From positions 1,302,001 to 1,366,000 of the forward strand of contig NEEC01000018.1 of the NCBI GenBank assembly GCA_002189035.1: a DNA stretch of 64,000 bases, in the 5' to 3' direction. Source of the DNA: Utricularia gibba (taxonomy: Eukaryota > Plantae > Magnoliophyta). Positions 37,142 through 52,554 of the stretch are shown here, piece by piece; position 1 is the first letter of the stretch, and every line of letters starts with the position of its first letter. The position numbers and the translations under genes are program-made. Under the pieces are notes generated by a model that worked only from the letters and a program-made list of their open reading frames with translations, was not told where the DNA came from and made no database searches.

Positions 37142-40100
37142 TCAGTCTTCGTCGAGATCGAGTGAATGAGAATGGATAGAATTTATACCCGTCTCCCTCG
37201 TAAAACTTGTTCTGAAACTCTACCCAATGAAGCCTCAAGGCATGCAAGAAGGCGCTCAGTGTTTCCATCACCAAGAGCACTCCAACAGTGACACAGATGA
37301 ATACCACAATACCAACCACAAGGATAATTATGTTATTGTACCTGAAGAAATCAGGGAAGGAACTCACGCTTCAGTCGAGTATCTAGCAGATGGTGGTAAA
37401 AAAAAGTTTTGAAAGAAGCCATCAACTTACCCCCATGCGAGAAGAAGGACCTTCTCATAAAAGACACTGGACAACTCTGAGTGCGCAAGGCTGACAGAGA
37501 AGCAGAAGATTGGGGGATGAGAAGATAGAACACAGTGGAAACAGAAACGAGGGACGTCTCAACATGACAAAAAGCATGTACCTCAGCGCCCATAAACGAA
37601 GATAAGAAGCTGTATTCGAAACTGCCCCAAGCACAAATTCTATGGTGTGTATGAGTTGATGGACAAAGACTTCACTGAATTCAAACTCTTCATGACCATG
37701 GGAGTCATGATTTGCTTCTGACAGCAAAGAGCCATCTGTTTCTGGAACTGGCTCATATCCAGCTCCATGGTGTCTCTAATAATAGTGAAAACAAGTTGGA
37801 GAACCGACGGGCATGATAACAAACCGAAGATATCAAGCCAAACAAGAACATACATCATGTTGCATCTTCAAGAGGAAAGGCTTTGGAAGAAGCATCCATG
37901 GGACAGAAACAAGAGCCAACAGTAACAAGACAAGCTGCAGATGAGCAGCCAAAATGAGCCTCAGTTACAGATTTTCCATGAATTGGAAAAATCGTGCTCA
38001 ATGACTTTGATTAAGTAAATTTCCCAAATATAACGCTGATTACTCAACCTGAATTGTTCTCTGACCAGGAAAAAGTTGATTTTCACCAAGGTCATCAGTA
38101 GGACTGAGAAACATATAGATCATAACGTGGTATAAATCAGCCTGGGATCCAGTACACCACTTAAAAATGATGAGAACAGAAAGGTAGCCAAACAAACTGT
38201 TCAAGAATATCATCTGTGGAATAAACTGGAACCTGAGAATAGATTGGACAGCATGAGATTGAAATTCACCATAGTAACATAGTTACAAATGCTCAATAAC
38301 CATGGCAGTGTGCATCCAGGAGCAACTTAGATGCGGCAAGTAAACAGTGACAGTTTATCAACGATCAAGTAGCAGTAACTCACCAGACGTTCAATCTACT
38401 CTTGAAGAACAGTGCATTGAAATAGCTCAGTCTTATTCCCAGATTCATCTGGGCAACCCCAAGTAGGATGGACATTTTCATTTTTAATGAATTAAGGAAG
38501 GGTAGCTCACTGCGTGAGCCATGCCAAGCAGGGTCCACTCCAAAAGGATAAGTATGACGGGACTTGATAAGGCCAACAGTAGTAGCATCCCTTCAATAAG
38601 AATAGTTCACGATACACGAGGCACAATGAAACAAATAATGGATAAGGACATGCATACGCTGATGAGATACCTGCATTCTGGGTCACGACATACATATGCT
38701 GACCTACCGAATAATTCAAATGGCACAGAGAAAAACTCATTATAGATTAATCCTGTATAGATTGAGAAAAGCGCCATCAACATAATTACATAACGCCCAC
38801 CAAAAGTCATCTCCATAATGTCTCCAAGTTTCTGCAAAGCACAGAAACAATAAAGAATGGGAACAAGTCCAATAGGTCAGCACGATAATACACACCACTT
38901 CATTCATGGTTAGTGCACAGCACGCTTCCAATTTTATTCTGTCTCCAACTGAATACATGGTTCACTCTCAATCGGATATGGGCATGTGGATCACTGGATG
39001 GGGCAAAAGAGGCAAACATGACAACTTTCTAACAATATACTTGATGCAAAAGACAGGATGAGGATTTGATTACACACATTTACGTAGCAATTACAACCCA
39101 ACAGAAATATAGTACTTCAAATTACTTTTTAGGGTTTAAACAGTTTACCTGACCAAGATACTTTTTTTCTCTGACAATCAAAAACATTGTACAAAGTAGA
39201 AAGCATATCCCATGTCCCCAGTCTCCAAACATGACAGCAAAAAGAAATGGAAATGTAACTATGGTAAAAACACCAGGGTTTGCTTCTTGGTACTTGGAGA
39301 TCCTACCACATAGCCAAGAATAAGAAAACTCAATTTAAAGATATATCAAAGTTAAGTGTAACATAACCATTATCTATTGAAAGTACACTGGGCAAACAAG
39401 ATTACATCATGCTTTGAAGAGGAGTGGTGAAGCATTTTCGGAAAAAGTAGAAGAACCATAGCTTGGACAAGTTTTTTGGTGCTTGACATTTTAGTAAGCT
39501 AGTGCAATATGCTTCAAAATATGTTTTTAACAACAGTTTTTCTGGTGGTTGGTATATGCAGATGGTTCAACTAACAAATACTGTTTATCAAAACACCAGA
39601 GGTAATGGGTAAAAAATGCATGCACCACCTTGGGAAATAATATCAAATAATATTTGTGCTTGTACAAGGTAGGCGAAAAAACTCACCCATAAGCATCAAC
39701 AATCTCTTGGAAAGCTGAAGTGAATTTGTTTGTCTGAAAATATGTAGGTGGCATCTCACGGGTATGCAGCACTTGGAAAATAGCATCAACTTCTGAGTTG
39801 GAGTCATAAGTTGCCCGATGCAATGCGTCTTGAATCTGCAACCATATATTGTCAGTGTCCCAAGATCAACACACTGACAAACTGGCCTAACATCATCAAC
39901 GTATGGATTAACAAACGTTTATAGAAGGTAACTTTCATAAAGGGATAACATGAAACAGGAAGTAAATACCTTTTCTGTGGCAAAGACAGGACCCCAACCT
40001 TCCCCACTAGACAGTTTTAGGAGACATCAACACTAAGCATGTTGAGGGTATGATAAATGGCTTTCTCTTTCTTCACCTATATCACACATGACTGCTAAAA

Positions 40101-42499
40101 GTCAATAAAAAGAACTAAAAAGAACTTAAGAGTTAAGGAGCTCGATAAAAATTGCCATTCAGAAGACAGAACTAACAACAGACCAAAAGGTTCCAGTGAT
40201 CAAATTCCTTCTCAATAGTTTGTAATAAATTTCCACGGAGTGTGAGTCCTGCATCAATTGTAATCTTCAACTCTGACAGTTTGGCGTCAACCTATAAGTT
40301 AAAAGAAGATATTTTTCGCAAAATAATGTGGAGTAATTGCTGCCAAGAGGAAAAAAATTGGAAAAAACAAAGTATGGACAAAAATGTAGACTCTGACAAG
40401 CCAAACGAAAGGAACTATACAAGTGATAAAATAGCAGAGACAGGAATTCAATAGCGGATACCTCATTGATCAGTTGAGAATGCTTTTTTATATCCTCATC
40501 AAAAGGATAACGGTTAGCACCAAAAGCTTCGCAAATCTTGAGGATCTTATTTTTTGCCCGTTCTCCAGAAAAAAAAGCCAGAAAGATATTTTTTTCACCC
40601 TGCATCAACAGAACCAAAGATGAGCATTTTCATTGTCAAAAAATAAGTAGACTTCTGAAAAAAACACAACATCATGCAAATGAATTAAAACAACTCAAAA
40701 ACACATTGAGAAACTGCATTGAACCCACATTAATTGACCTGGAAAATGTTAATGAGTGAAGCAAAATTCTAAAAGAACACCTAGAAAATCACTAATCAGT
40801 TTGATATTGTGGAGTCACAAGTTAACATTATACAACAAAAGGATTCTGAACTCAAACCTTGGCACCGGATTATTAAAAACAGAAAACAAGATATAATAAG
40901 CATGCAAAAGACGTTCATCACTGGATGGATACGGGAAAAAGCATGTGGACTACCTTCTCCCCAGATACAGGGTCAATCACTGGGTCATCCACCTCAGACT
41001 GTTTCAGAAAAACATTTCCACGCGTAGCGCGAAATAAGATCCTCTCAAACGCTAAAGATCTACCCCGTGGAACAAGTCCTGTTATAAAGCCTAGCCTAAC
41101 TTGCTTTGTTAAGTCAACAAGTTTTTCCTGAGAGACAGAAGAGAATCAGCATCTAAACCAACAAGAAATGAAGTTAACAAATAGTCATATACCTGATCAG
41201 CTAACAATGGGGTTTCCAAAGACTCCTCACCAGATTGATATTCCCTCTGTTGCACCTCAGCACTTTTCATGGCTGATTCGAAAAAGCTACTAGCCTACAA
41301 GAAGTAAATCAGCACTAACATTAACACACAGTTTGCAGTGACCGAAAGGAGTTTAGTCATACCTTTTGTAGAACAAGCCTGTACTCCACAAGTTCATTAT
41401 AGGATCTTTGCAACTTCTCAGCATTTGCATTCATTTCAACAAGCTCAGACTCAAGGTCCCCAAGTTTGACCTGAAATAGCGAAGATCTAAGGTCTAATCA
41501 CAAGCCCCTAAATCAAGGCACATGCGTTTACTTCATGTACCTCAAGATCATCAATATTCGTTATGGAAGGGACCAAAGTCCCCTGAGAAGATTGCAGACT
41601 AGCTTTTGATATTTGGTCCCGAAAGAATCTTAATTTACGTGCCATTTCCCCACATCTCTTAATCTTCACAGGCAACCAAAAGAAGAGATAAAACTCCATT
41701 AAGTATATGGACAGAGAATTTAGGTTTTTATCCAACAAGTCATCACCCTCTAATAAAAATGGAACCATATAAAAGTCAAAGAGACCTAATACACTTTGTA
41801 CCAAAAACCACCAAACAAAAAATGCTGTGGTTACAGAAATAAAGCGACGCTGCCAATTATTGTGTCACTGACGCATCTCGTGGCAGAGGGCATGGTGTGT
41901 TACTAGCTCGCAAAAAGCTGTTAACCACGTTGCGTAGAAAATTCACCCACAAAATTGGACATAAATAACGCAATGTGAAACAAATAAAGAGTAATACCTG
42001 AACTGCATATGTTCCCTGGAATGGACTTTTATCGGCATTCAACTATTAAAAAAAACAAAAACAAAACCATGCACGTGTAAGGTCAAACAATGATGCTCAA
42101 CGGACTACCAATACTATGTTCCCTACAGCTAAAAGTACACCCTACGTATTCCCACTTCAATGAACTCAACAAACTAGCCCTACTCTTGATCCCCACCATA
42201 GTTAAAAGTAGACCCATAGCGGTAAAGAAAAAAGAAAAGATCTTTAAAAGCATAACTTCACATTCCTAAAGGGGCACTCGTATTCAGGAGAACAAAGCCA
42301 GATGACTCCACATAAAACCGAAGTCGATAAAAGTGAGCAAAAAGAAAAAACGAACATCTTTAAACTGGATAAGCCCGATATCACCAATGTAAGAAGTAGA
42401 AAGGTGAGCAGATTCAATAGGAATTATAAGCTGCACGAGCTGCATCGCCTCCGACCGCATCAGATCCATCGGTGGACAGCACACCCTCCGCTCCCCCAT
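37142..42499 (-). CDS. VHA-a: V-type proton ATPase subunit a (VHA-a2/a3 type), 18 exons; the sequence as given has an in-frame stop and frameshifts
   Basis: [27 protein letters not shown].., [111 protein letters not shown]. Lesions in exon 40076-39970 and at the C-terminus are described in findings. Confidence 0.93.
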
Positions 42500-43804
42500 T
42501 CTCCGACGCCGGAGTTGGACCAACCCGGTTCCTCCTCGGGAAAAAAGATATCGAATTCGACCGAATTTATGCTTCCCCTAGAGGAGCAACGGTATCAACG
42601 GAACCGATCAACACACAGCTGTCCGTGAGAGCACAAATTAGACGGGAACCGTCGTCGCCTATGCAGATGATCAACCGTTTTTCACCGGATTCCGTCCGTG
42701 AGGCACACGTGCCTTTCAGCTCCAGCCCAATCCATTTTCGAGTCCATGGGCCTATCGAAGACCAAATTCTATTGAGATGGCACCATAATAAACATGCATT
42801 GAGCCGGCCCATAATATGCGACCCGAGCGGATGCACTGCCGGTCCACCGCCCCCTTTTTTGCATTATAAATTTAAATATATAATCATTTTGAAACGAAAT
42901 TTAAATTCAATACTAATTAAATGTATTTTCACAAGAATATAATAATATTTTTTGAATATAAGGCAATATCAATTATTTAGAGGATGTTTAATAGTTGAGT
43001 ATAGAATATTTATATCCAAATTTACACATATACCAATAATTAATTAATTAATTCATATATACTAATTTTGTATAAATACATAGATACTGATGGGGTTTAA
43101 ATCGGATTGGGATAATCGGTTTCTAAAAAGTAGCTAAAAGGTGTTCTGATATTCTTGTGTCAGACTACATACCGAGAACTTTTAGAGTTTGTCAGCGTCA
43201 CCCATTTTAGATAGATTGGAAAGTAGTCGAATTACGATAATGACAGAACGGTCGACGGTTATTTGAAAGCAGAATCACAGTATGTATGACAGGTGCAGAA
43301 ATCAACTAACATTTATAGAATTCAGAATTCGATCAGATCAAGGTACCTTATAAATATAGTAAACCTCGAAGAAGAAGGAATTCGATTCTAAAACCTCCAA
43401 TTTGTATTTTCTCCTCAACTCCATCTAGTGAAGAGATTTTTCCGACGAGTTCCGATAATTCTGTGAATTTTCTGTTTTTCAATGGTTTCCACATTAAAAT
43501 TTCTGACACTTTATTTCCGTTAACAGCCTCATTTCACGCATAACACCTAAATCTTAATCGGATACAACCCACTTGGCCGCATCCCCAACCCGAAATTTAT
43601 ATTAGTTTATATTACTCATATATTCAAATTTATATTTTCAAATATCAAATATTATATACAATTCAGTATATCATTATATTCAATTACAACATACTCATTT
43701 TCGGATATTAAGATTGAATTTTGTTGTCACCATTTTTCCCTTTAAAAAAAAAAACTTCAACCACAAAAATCAAAGTATACACGTAATATGGCGAAGATGA
43801 TGGA

Positions 43805-46044
<2,240 letters not shown>

Positions 46045-46316
46045 GACTTATTCTTGTTTTATTAATTTTTTAAATTAATTTAGAAATTATTGAATTTATT
46101 AAATATCTATTTTATAAATTAAATAAGAGATTAATTAAAAAAATTATACTATTTAATTTTTATTTATTATAAAAATATATTCATACTATAACATTAAATT
46201 ATATAATAATAATATATATTAAATTTTACAATATATATTTTAGTATATTAAATTGTATAATATAATTTTATATTATCTTATAAAACAGTTATCCAATCTA
46301 AAATTGATTCTATTCA

Positions 46317-46368
46317 CATAATTTTAAAATTGATTCTATTTTACATAATGTTAAGCACAAATTCAAAT
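46317..46368. repeat. Dispersed AT-rich repeat shared with 56457-56508
   Basis: CATAATTTTAAAATTGATT..ACAAATTCAAA aligns ungapped over about 52 bp between the two sites; probably fragments of one MITE family. Confidence 0.55.
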
Positions 46369-49208
46369 CATTTTTCAAAAAGAGAAATATATTAAAAATT
46401 TTATTCATTTTAACATTTTTTTCGAATAAAAACGAAAAAAATGTAAAACGATAAGAATTTGCCCAAAACGGCACATAAGCTAGTGGGCCCGTGAGAGGTA
46501 AGTCCGGGTCTGGACCAGGCCAACCGGACAGCTCCCCGTTCAACGAACGCGTTCATGCATTAAACAAATGATTTATTACACCTTCTCAGGGATGCGGACA
46601 CCGCCTTTAAGAAGCTTGATGGTGTACAATTCTATCAAGCGAGGCGCCTCCTGCGGTACGGGACACCTACACCCTCCACGTCATCGCTCTATTGGGTCGA
46701 TAGGGGCTGTCCATTAATATTGGCATTAATGAGGGGCGACTTTGCAAATATTAATTACTAGTTACTCTTATTGTAAGAACGTAGGCGTAAGAAAAAGAGG
46801 ATTCCCATGCGGGGAAGACTTTCGCGCTATGAAAAAAAAAGAAATAGGTTGAGAATCGGGACGATGACCCTGGAAGCATTGCCGCTAATTCAGGGAATAA
46901 AAAAATCTTTTTATTTTTAAAAAATTAAAAGTAGGCGATTTTCCACCAAATTCGTCTACGAGACTAGTGAATAAAAAACAAATACCGTCTAAAAACGGTG
47001 CACTTGACTCTGTCCTAAAAAATTTCGAAAGATTTTGAATTTTTCAAAACTGAATAATTGTGAAATTTTTTTTTGAATTAAATTCAAAATTCAAACATGA
47101 ATGTCATCGGATCCTTAATTTAGACATGAATTTACGTCATGACTCATCCGTAGTATCAAATATATAAAGATTTTGATGTTTTAATTTATTTGATATTAAA
47201 TATAATTAATATTGATTCATATAATGATATTACTAAAATATAATTTTTTCACTATATCTACAAAATTAGAAAGAATTTTTACATATATTGATAATAAACA
47301 AACAAATGATGTACTATTTTAAGGAAAAAGACTATATAATAAAAGCATGATATTATCTGATTTATCATGAAATTTATTCGATTTACCTAAAAATGATATG
47401 TTCTTTATTGTTATTAATTGAAAAGGGTAATAAAAAAGGTCATTTTAAAATTAGTCACTATCACCCATTTTTTCACATAATTAGAAAAAGAAAATTGCAC
47501 ATAAGATAATCATTTTTTTCACACAATGTCTAACATATGTTTAATTTTCTATTTAATCGTAAGAAAACGGTATTTTTTTAGGAAAAAATTAAAATGAATT
47601 TCTTGAAGCTAGGGTGTTAGGATTCCACCTTTCTTGCCCGTCATCTTCTTGATTCAATTCAACAGATCCATCTTCATTTATGAAGCAGAGAATCCAAATC
47701 CAAACTATTGTACCACAACACTTCAAGGTAAACATATTATATAATTAAATCCATTTTTTAGGTAATTTATTAATATTAAAATATGGTAACTTATTTAAAA
47801 AACGATAAAATTATTAAAAAAATATCTTTATCAATATAGGTATATTTGGAAATCTAAAAAAGTGTAATAAATACAAATTAAGCCTTTTTGTCAAATTCTC
47901 CCCTCACACATGTCATATAATCTACAATTTCATTTTCAAACATCAAGACCTATATTTTTATAGCCCTTGTTGCCTTCTCATAGAAAAAAAAATCAAATTA
48001 TAGCCAAATTGAAATGACTATACAATTGGAAGTATTTAGAAAACTAGTCATTTTATCGAATAAAATGATCATTTTTATTATTAGTTTTTATTTAACATAT
48101 AAGAGAACAATTTGGTTACTTAATTTACTTGATATTATCACATAATGCAACATGTGGTGACACGATCCATCCATGATATTGTGTAAAAAAAAGAACAAGA
48201 AATTATTATAGCAACGTTTGGAATCCGTATACTTAATTTTATTCTGATAAAATTATTTTTGACTTCTAAACATATATCAAATTATATTTTATGAGAATTA
48301 ATTTTTTAGAATAACTTAAATTTAATGATAAGTATGAGATGATAGATTTTTTATGAGAATCCATTTTAAGAAATGATTATAAGATTAAAATTATAATTAT
48401 AACTATTTTTTATAATGATTTATTTTTTAAATTATGATTAAAATATTAATATATTTAAATTAAAATAATAACATAAATTATAATTCAAAAAGCCTATAAT
48501 ATTTTTTTAATACCAATGATATATATAAAACATAATTTTTAAAGAAAATATGATGATTAATAAATATATCATTTAATTATTATAATCAATTCGCATTTTT
48601 TTTACATTTGAAACATTAATTTTATTTTGTAATAATATTTCTAAAAATTACTTCTGAATATATATTAAATTTATTTCTGTTATAATTATCGATTCTAATA
48701 AAATCAATTATGTAAATAGACAGGTATTTATAAAAATTGACAACTCAAAGTCTTGTTGGTTTAAAAAATAAGCTTCCACAAATTTCTATTTCAATACAAG
48801 GACAGAATATTATTATTAAAAAATGATTATTTTTCACACGTACAGAAAAGTAAGGATGACTATTCTTTAGAAATCAGCGATGGGTAAAGATGAGTGGTTC
48901 CATGTTTGTGTGCCACAGGTGGAAAGACCCGATTTTGATTAGTGGGTTTGCACGACGACTAAGTAAAGAGGAAGATGAGAAAAGTTAAAGGAGACGACTA
49001 GTCACCGGCCATCTGTTTCGGCCACAGAAGAAGAGCTCCCCGCACCCTCGCCCGTCGTTTAAATATTCAGAGGTAACTTTCTTGACAAAGGTATTATGTA
49101 ATAATATTTATTGCGGTTTGCTGGTTTTTATGGGAAGGTGGGTGTTTGAAAGGGATGCGGATGAGAGATTTAGCATTTTGTGTGTAGTAAAGTTGGTGAT
49201 TTCTGGGT

Positions 49209-50285
49209 ATGGAGTGCACGGAGGCAAGAGCGCTGAAGCACAGTTTCTTGTCACAAATGGCTTCTTCCCAGATGCTCTGCGATGACGACGTTTGGCGCTT
49301 CAACGCAGCTGCTGCGCCGGAGGATTTCCCGGTAGAGGACCTTCTTAACCTGGATTTCTCTGATAAGGAGTTTCAGGACTGTGGGGGGGCTTTTGAGGAG
49401 GATGAAGAGGGGTTCAGCAAGTTGGGGAATAAGAATTCTTCCTCCGCTTTCTCCGGCGGCGCCGACGACTTTGACAGTCTCTCCACCGGGAACCTCGCCG
49501 TTGAGGTAAGTGTTATCTAACCTGATGTTTAGGTCGTGGGGAGGATGAAAGAGATTTTTTTTTTTACTGAGCCGATGATTAATTTTTCCCCCGGAGATTT
49601 CTCAAGCTTTGGCCTTTGGTGGGTGATTCTTTTTCAGGTTGAAGGGTTGGAGAGTCTAGAGTGGCTATCTCAATTCGTGGATGATTCCACGGCGGAGCCG
49701 CCGTCGTTGTGGCCGATTGGAAGTTCAACGGCGAAAGCTACCACATGCGGCGGCGCGTTAACTAACGCGCCATCTCAGGACAACCGGGCCACGTTCTACC
49801 CTACGCCGGTTCCCCGGAAAAGACGGAACAAACGGCAGAGATCAAGCGGGCTCCGTTGGTCTTCCGTGTCGCCGCCCTTGAGCTCCGTTGACTCTACATC
49901 GGCTGCATCATCGTCTTCCCACGGGTCATCCTCACTTCCGACCTTGGTTTTCACCTACATACCTCACGACCCCGACTGGTTTTCCAGCATAGAAAAACCG
50001 CCTCCCGCAAAAAAGCCGAAGAGAAAACCGGAGAACGAAAACGGCGCCGTACCCGGGCGGCGGTGTACCCACTGCCAGGTCCAGAAGACACCCCAGTGGA
50101 GAACCGGACCGCTGGGTCCTAAAACTCTCTGCAACGCTTGCGGCGTCCGGTTCAAGTCCGGTCGGCTCTTCCCCGAGTACAGACCGGCCTGTAGCCCAAC
50201 ATTTTCGCAGGCAGTGCACTCGAATAGTCACCGGAAAGTTTTGGAGATGCGGCGGGTCAAGGAGATGACGGCGGCCGAGTTTTAG
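49209..50285 (+). CDS. Class A GATA transcription factor (GATA5/6/7-like), 2 exons
   Basis: Exons 49209-49505 and 49638-50285. Contains [21 protein letters not shown], and the zinc finger [59 protein letters not shown]. Confidence 0.95.
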
Positions 50286-50556
50286 AGGGAAGTTGTTACA
50301 GCGGACCGGGTTCCGCATTAAATTAGTCACTTTCAGGGATAGTTCTACTCCAGTTAAGGACCTTAAAGCTACACCATAAATGTTTTCCTTTTTCTTAGAC
50401 TAACTTAATACCCCCCACCCTTTTATAAAACAAAACCAAAACAAAAAACAAAAAACAGAAAAAAGAAAAAAAGTAATGCTCTTCCTTCAAAATACCTTCT
50501 CAAAACATTCATTTTCTTTGTTTATGTATTCAAATGAATACGCGTGTAAAAACTTA

Positions 50557-51097
50557 CGTGTATTTGATAGATATGTTATCTAATATACATTATAAAATAA
50601 TTATCGAAGTTATTGTTTAGTTTTTCTTCTTACAAATCATTTTTTGAAAATTATTTGTCATAAAATATAAGTGGGATTTATGTAATATCAAAAAAGTTTT
50701 AAATTTTTTACTTTTTTGGAATAAAATTCATTCATATTTAATGTTTTGAAATATTTTTCAAAAATTATACCAACACATTACAACTTTTCCTCTCATATTT
50801 GTTACATTTTTTATATGTTTATTTTAATACATATATATATATATATCATTTATAAAATAATTGTCGAAGTTATTGTTTAGTTTTCTCCTTAAAAATCATT
50901 TTTTGAAATTATTTCTTATATAATATAAGTGGGATTTGTGTAATATCAACAAAGTTTTTAATTTTTTTACTTTTTTTAGAAGAAAATTGGTTTGTATTTA
51001 ATAAAAAAGGTTTTTTTTGAAATATTTAAAAAAAAAAAAAAAAAACTATACCAAACACATTATAACGTTTTATCCTATATATCTATCAAACACGACA
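50557..51097. mobile_element. MITE with an internal tandem duplication of about 260 bp
   Basis: Perfect 12-bp inverted pair TTTGATAGATAT (50563-50574) / ATATCTATCAAA (51079-51090). Inside, 50588-50790 is repeated at 50847-51075. Confidence 0.65.
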
Positions 51098-52554
51098 TCA
51101 CTTTATACATATATATATTTATATCATTTATATATCAAATATTTTAATAATAGGATAATTATTTATGTAAACTGAAATAATTCCAAATTGAGGTCAGTGT
51201 GTGTTGGTGTGGTGTCATTTAATGTGCTACCATGTTAGTGTGTGCACCCCTTCCCCTTCTTTATAGGGTAAGCTTGTAAAGGGTGGGTTGGGTTGGGTTC
51301 AATTATTCATAGGATGGATGGATTATTTGGGGTTTTAAAGTCGTACGCCGGCGACCGGAACCACTTGCCGACAGCGACGTACGGATGAATGGGGCTGCCA
51401 CCAAAAAAGCCATTCAAGTTTATCTCCTGTTATTGGATCACCACAAACTGCATTCCACGTCCACCACCCGACACAATTCCTTTCTTGTCTCATAGATTTT
51501 CGATCGAAAGGGACTCTGGCGCCATGTATATATGGAGTTAATTTGAAAAATACCCACTATAATTTAATTATGTGATAAAAGTATTCATTTTATGTTGAAA
51601 AAAATAGATTTAGTATGTGAGAGAGATTGGTATCATGGATACTTTAATAAAAGATTTTATGTAAATACGTATGTTACCTTAGAAGTATTGAATCTCGGCT
51701 GGGGTTTATGATCGGTGTGAGCCTCAATTGTAAGGCTAGAAGTCTTGTACCGATATTCTATATTGGTTATGGTTCGAAAAATAAAGTAAATTTTCTAATT
51801 TTGTATGAGGGCTTTGTTAGAGATCAATCGTAATTCAAATAAATTTGAAGTTAATTTAAAACATTAATATTGTGTCATGAAGTAATTTTTCGATTAAAAA
51901 TGTTGGTTTAGATTATTAAGACTTTTTATTTTTATTTTTAATATATTGTGACTCATTTTTATGTAATCTAAATATTATATATATATATATTTTATCAATA
52001 ATTGTAGATTGTATTACTTTTTTTGTTATTTATTCTTGAAAATTTGATTTTCATCTAATATAAGATCATAAACAATATTTCTTTTGCTCTATCCTTAATA
52101 TTTAATCTTTGTTGTGTTTATTAGGTTTTCTCTCGAAAATAAAAAATGTAAAATTGTGATAACTATGTATTTAAAATAAATAATATCGTATAAGATGAAA
52201 ATAAATCGTGACATATCAGGTATCCCACATTAATTATGAATATGAAGATAATCAAATTTGTGAATAGTTAGTTAGATGGGAGGAAAGTTTGTAGACTCAT
52301 CCCATTTTAGAAACGGTAGAAAAAACACTTTCCGTAGGTATTTGAAAAGGATTCAAGATTATTATGTTGGGCGTCCCGACCGGCGGCGCAGGTTGGCCCG
52401 GAGAATCAGAAGGGGCTCTCCAACCCATTTATGGACTTTCTGGTGTGTTTTCTGAGCGCTGAAGGCTTTACGTTGGTTTAAGCCCTTGATTTCTCATGGA
52501 GAGTGGGTTGGGGCTTTGCGATCTTGTCCCCTAGCGCTTGGACAGGCATTTAAT

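Noticed and set aside
42830-42840. ATGCACTGCC, the 5' half of miR408
   Set aside because: Only 10 nt match and there is no hairpin.
52402-52514. Imperfect hairpins in the GC-rich block, considered as a miRNA precursor
   Set aside because: The stems are short and bulged with no known mature miRNA; the region is better explained as the 3' part of the disrupted CCCH locus.
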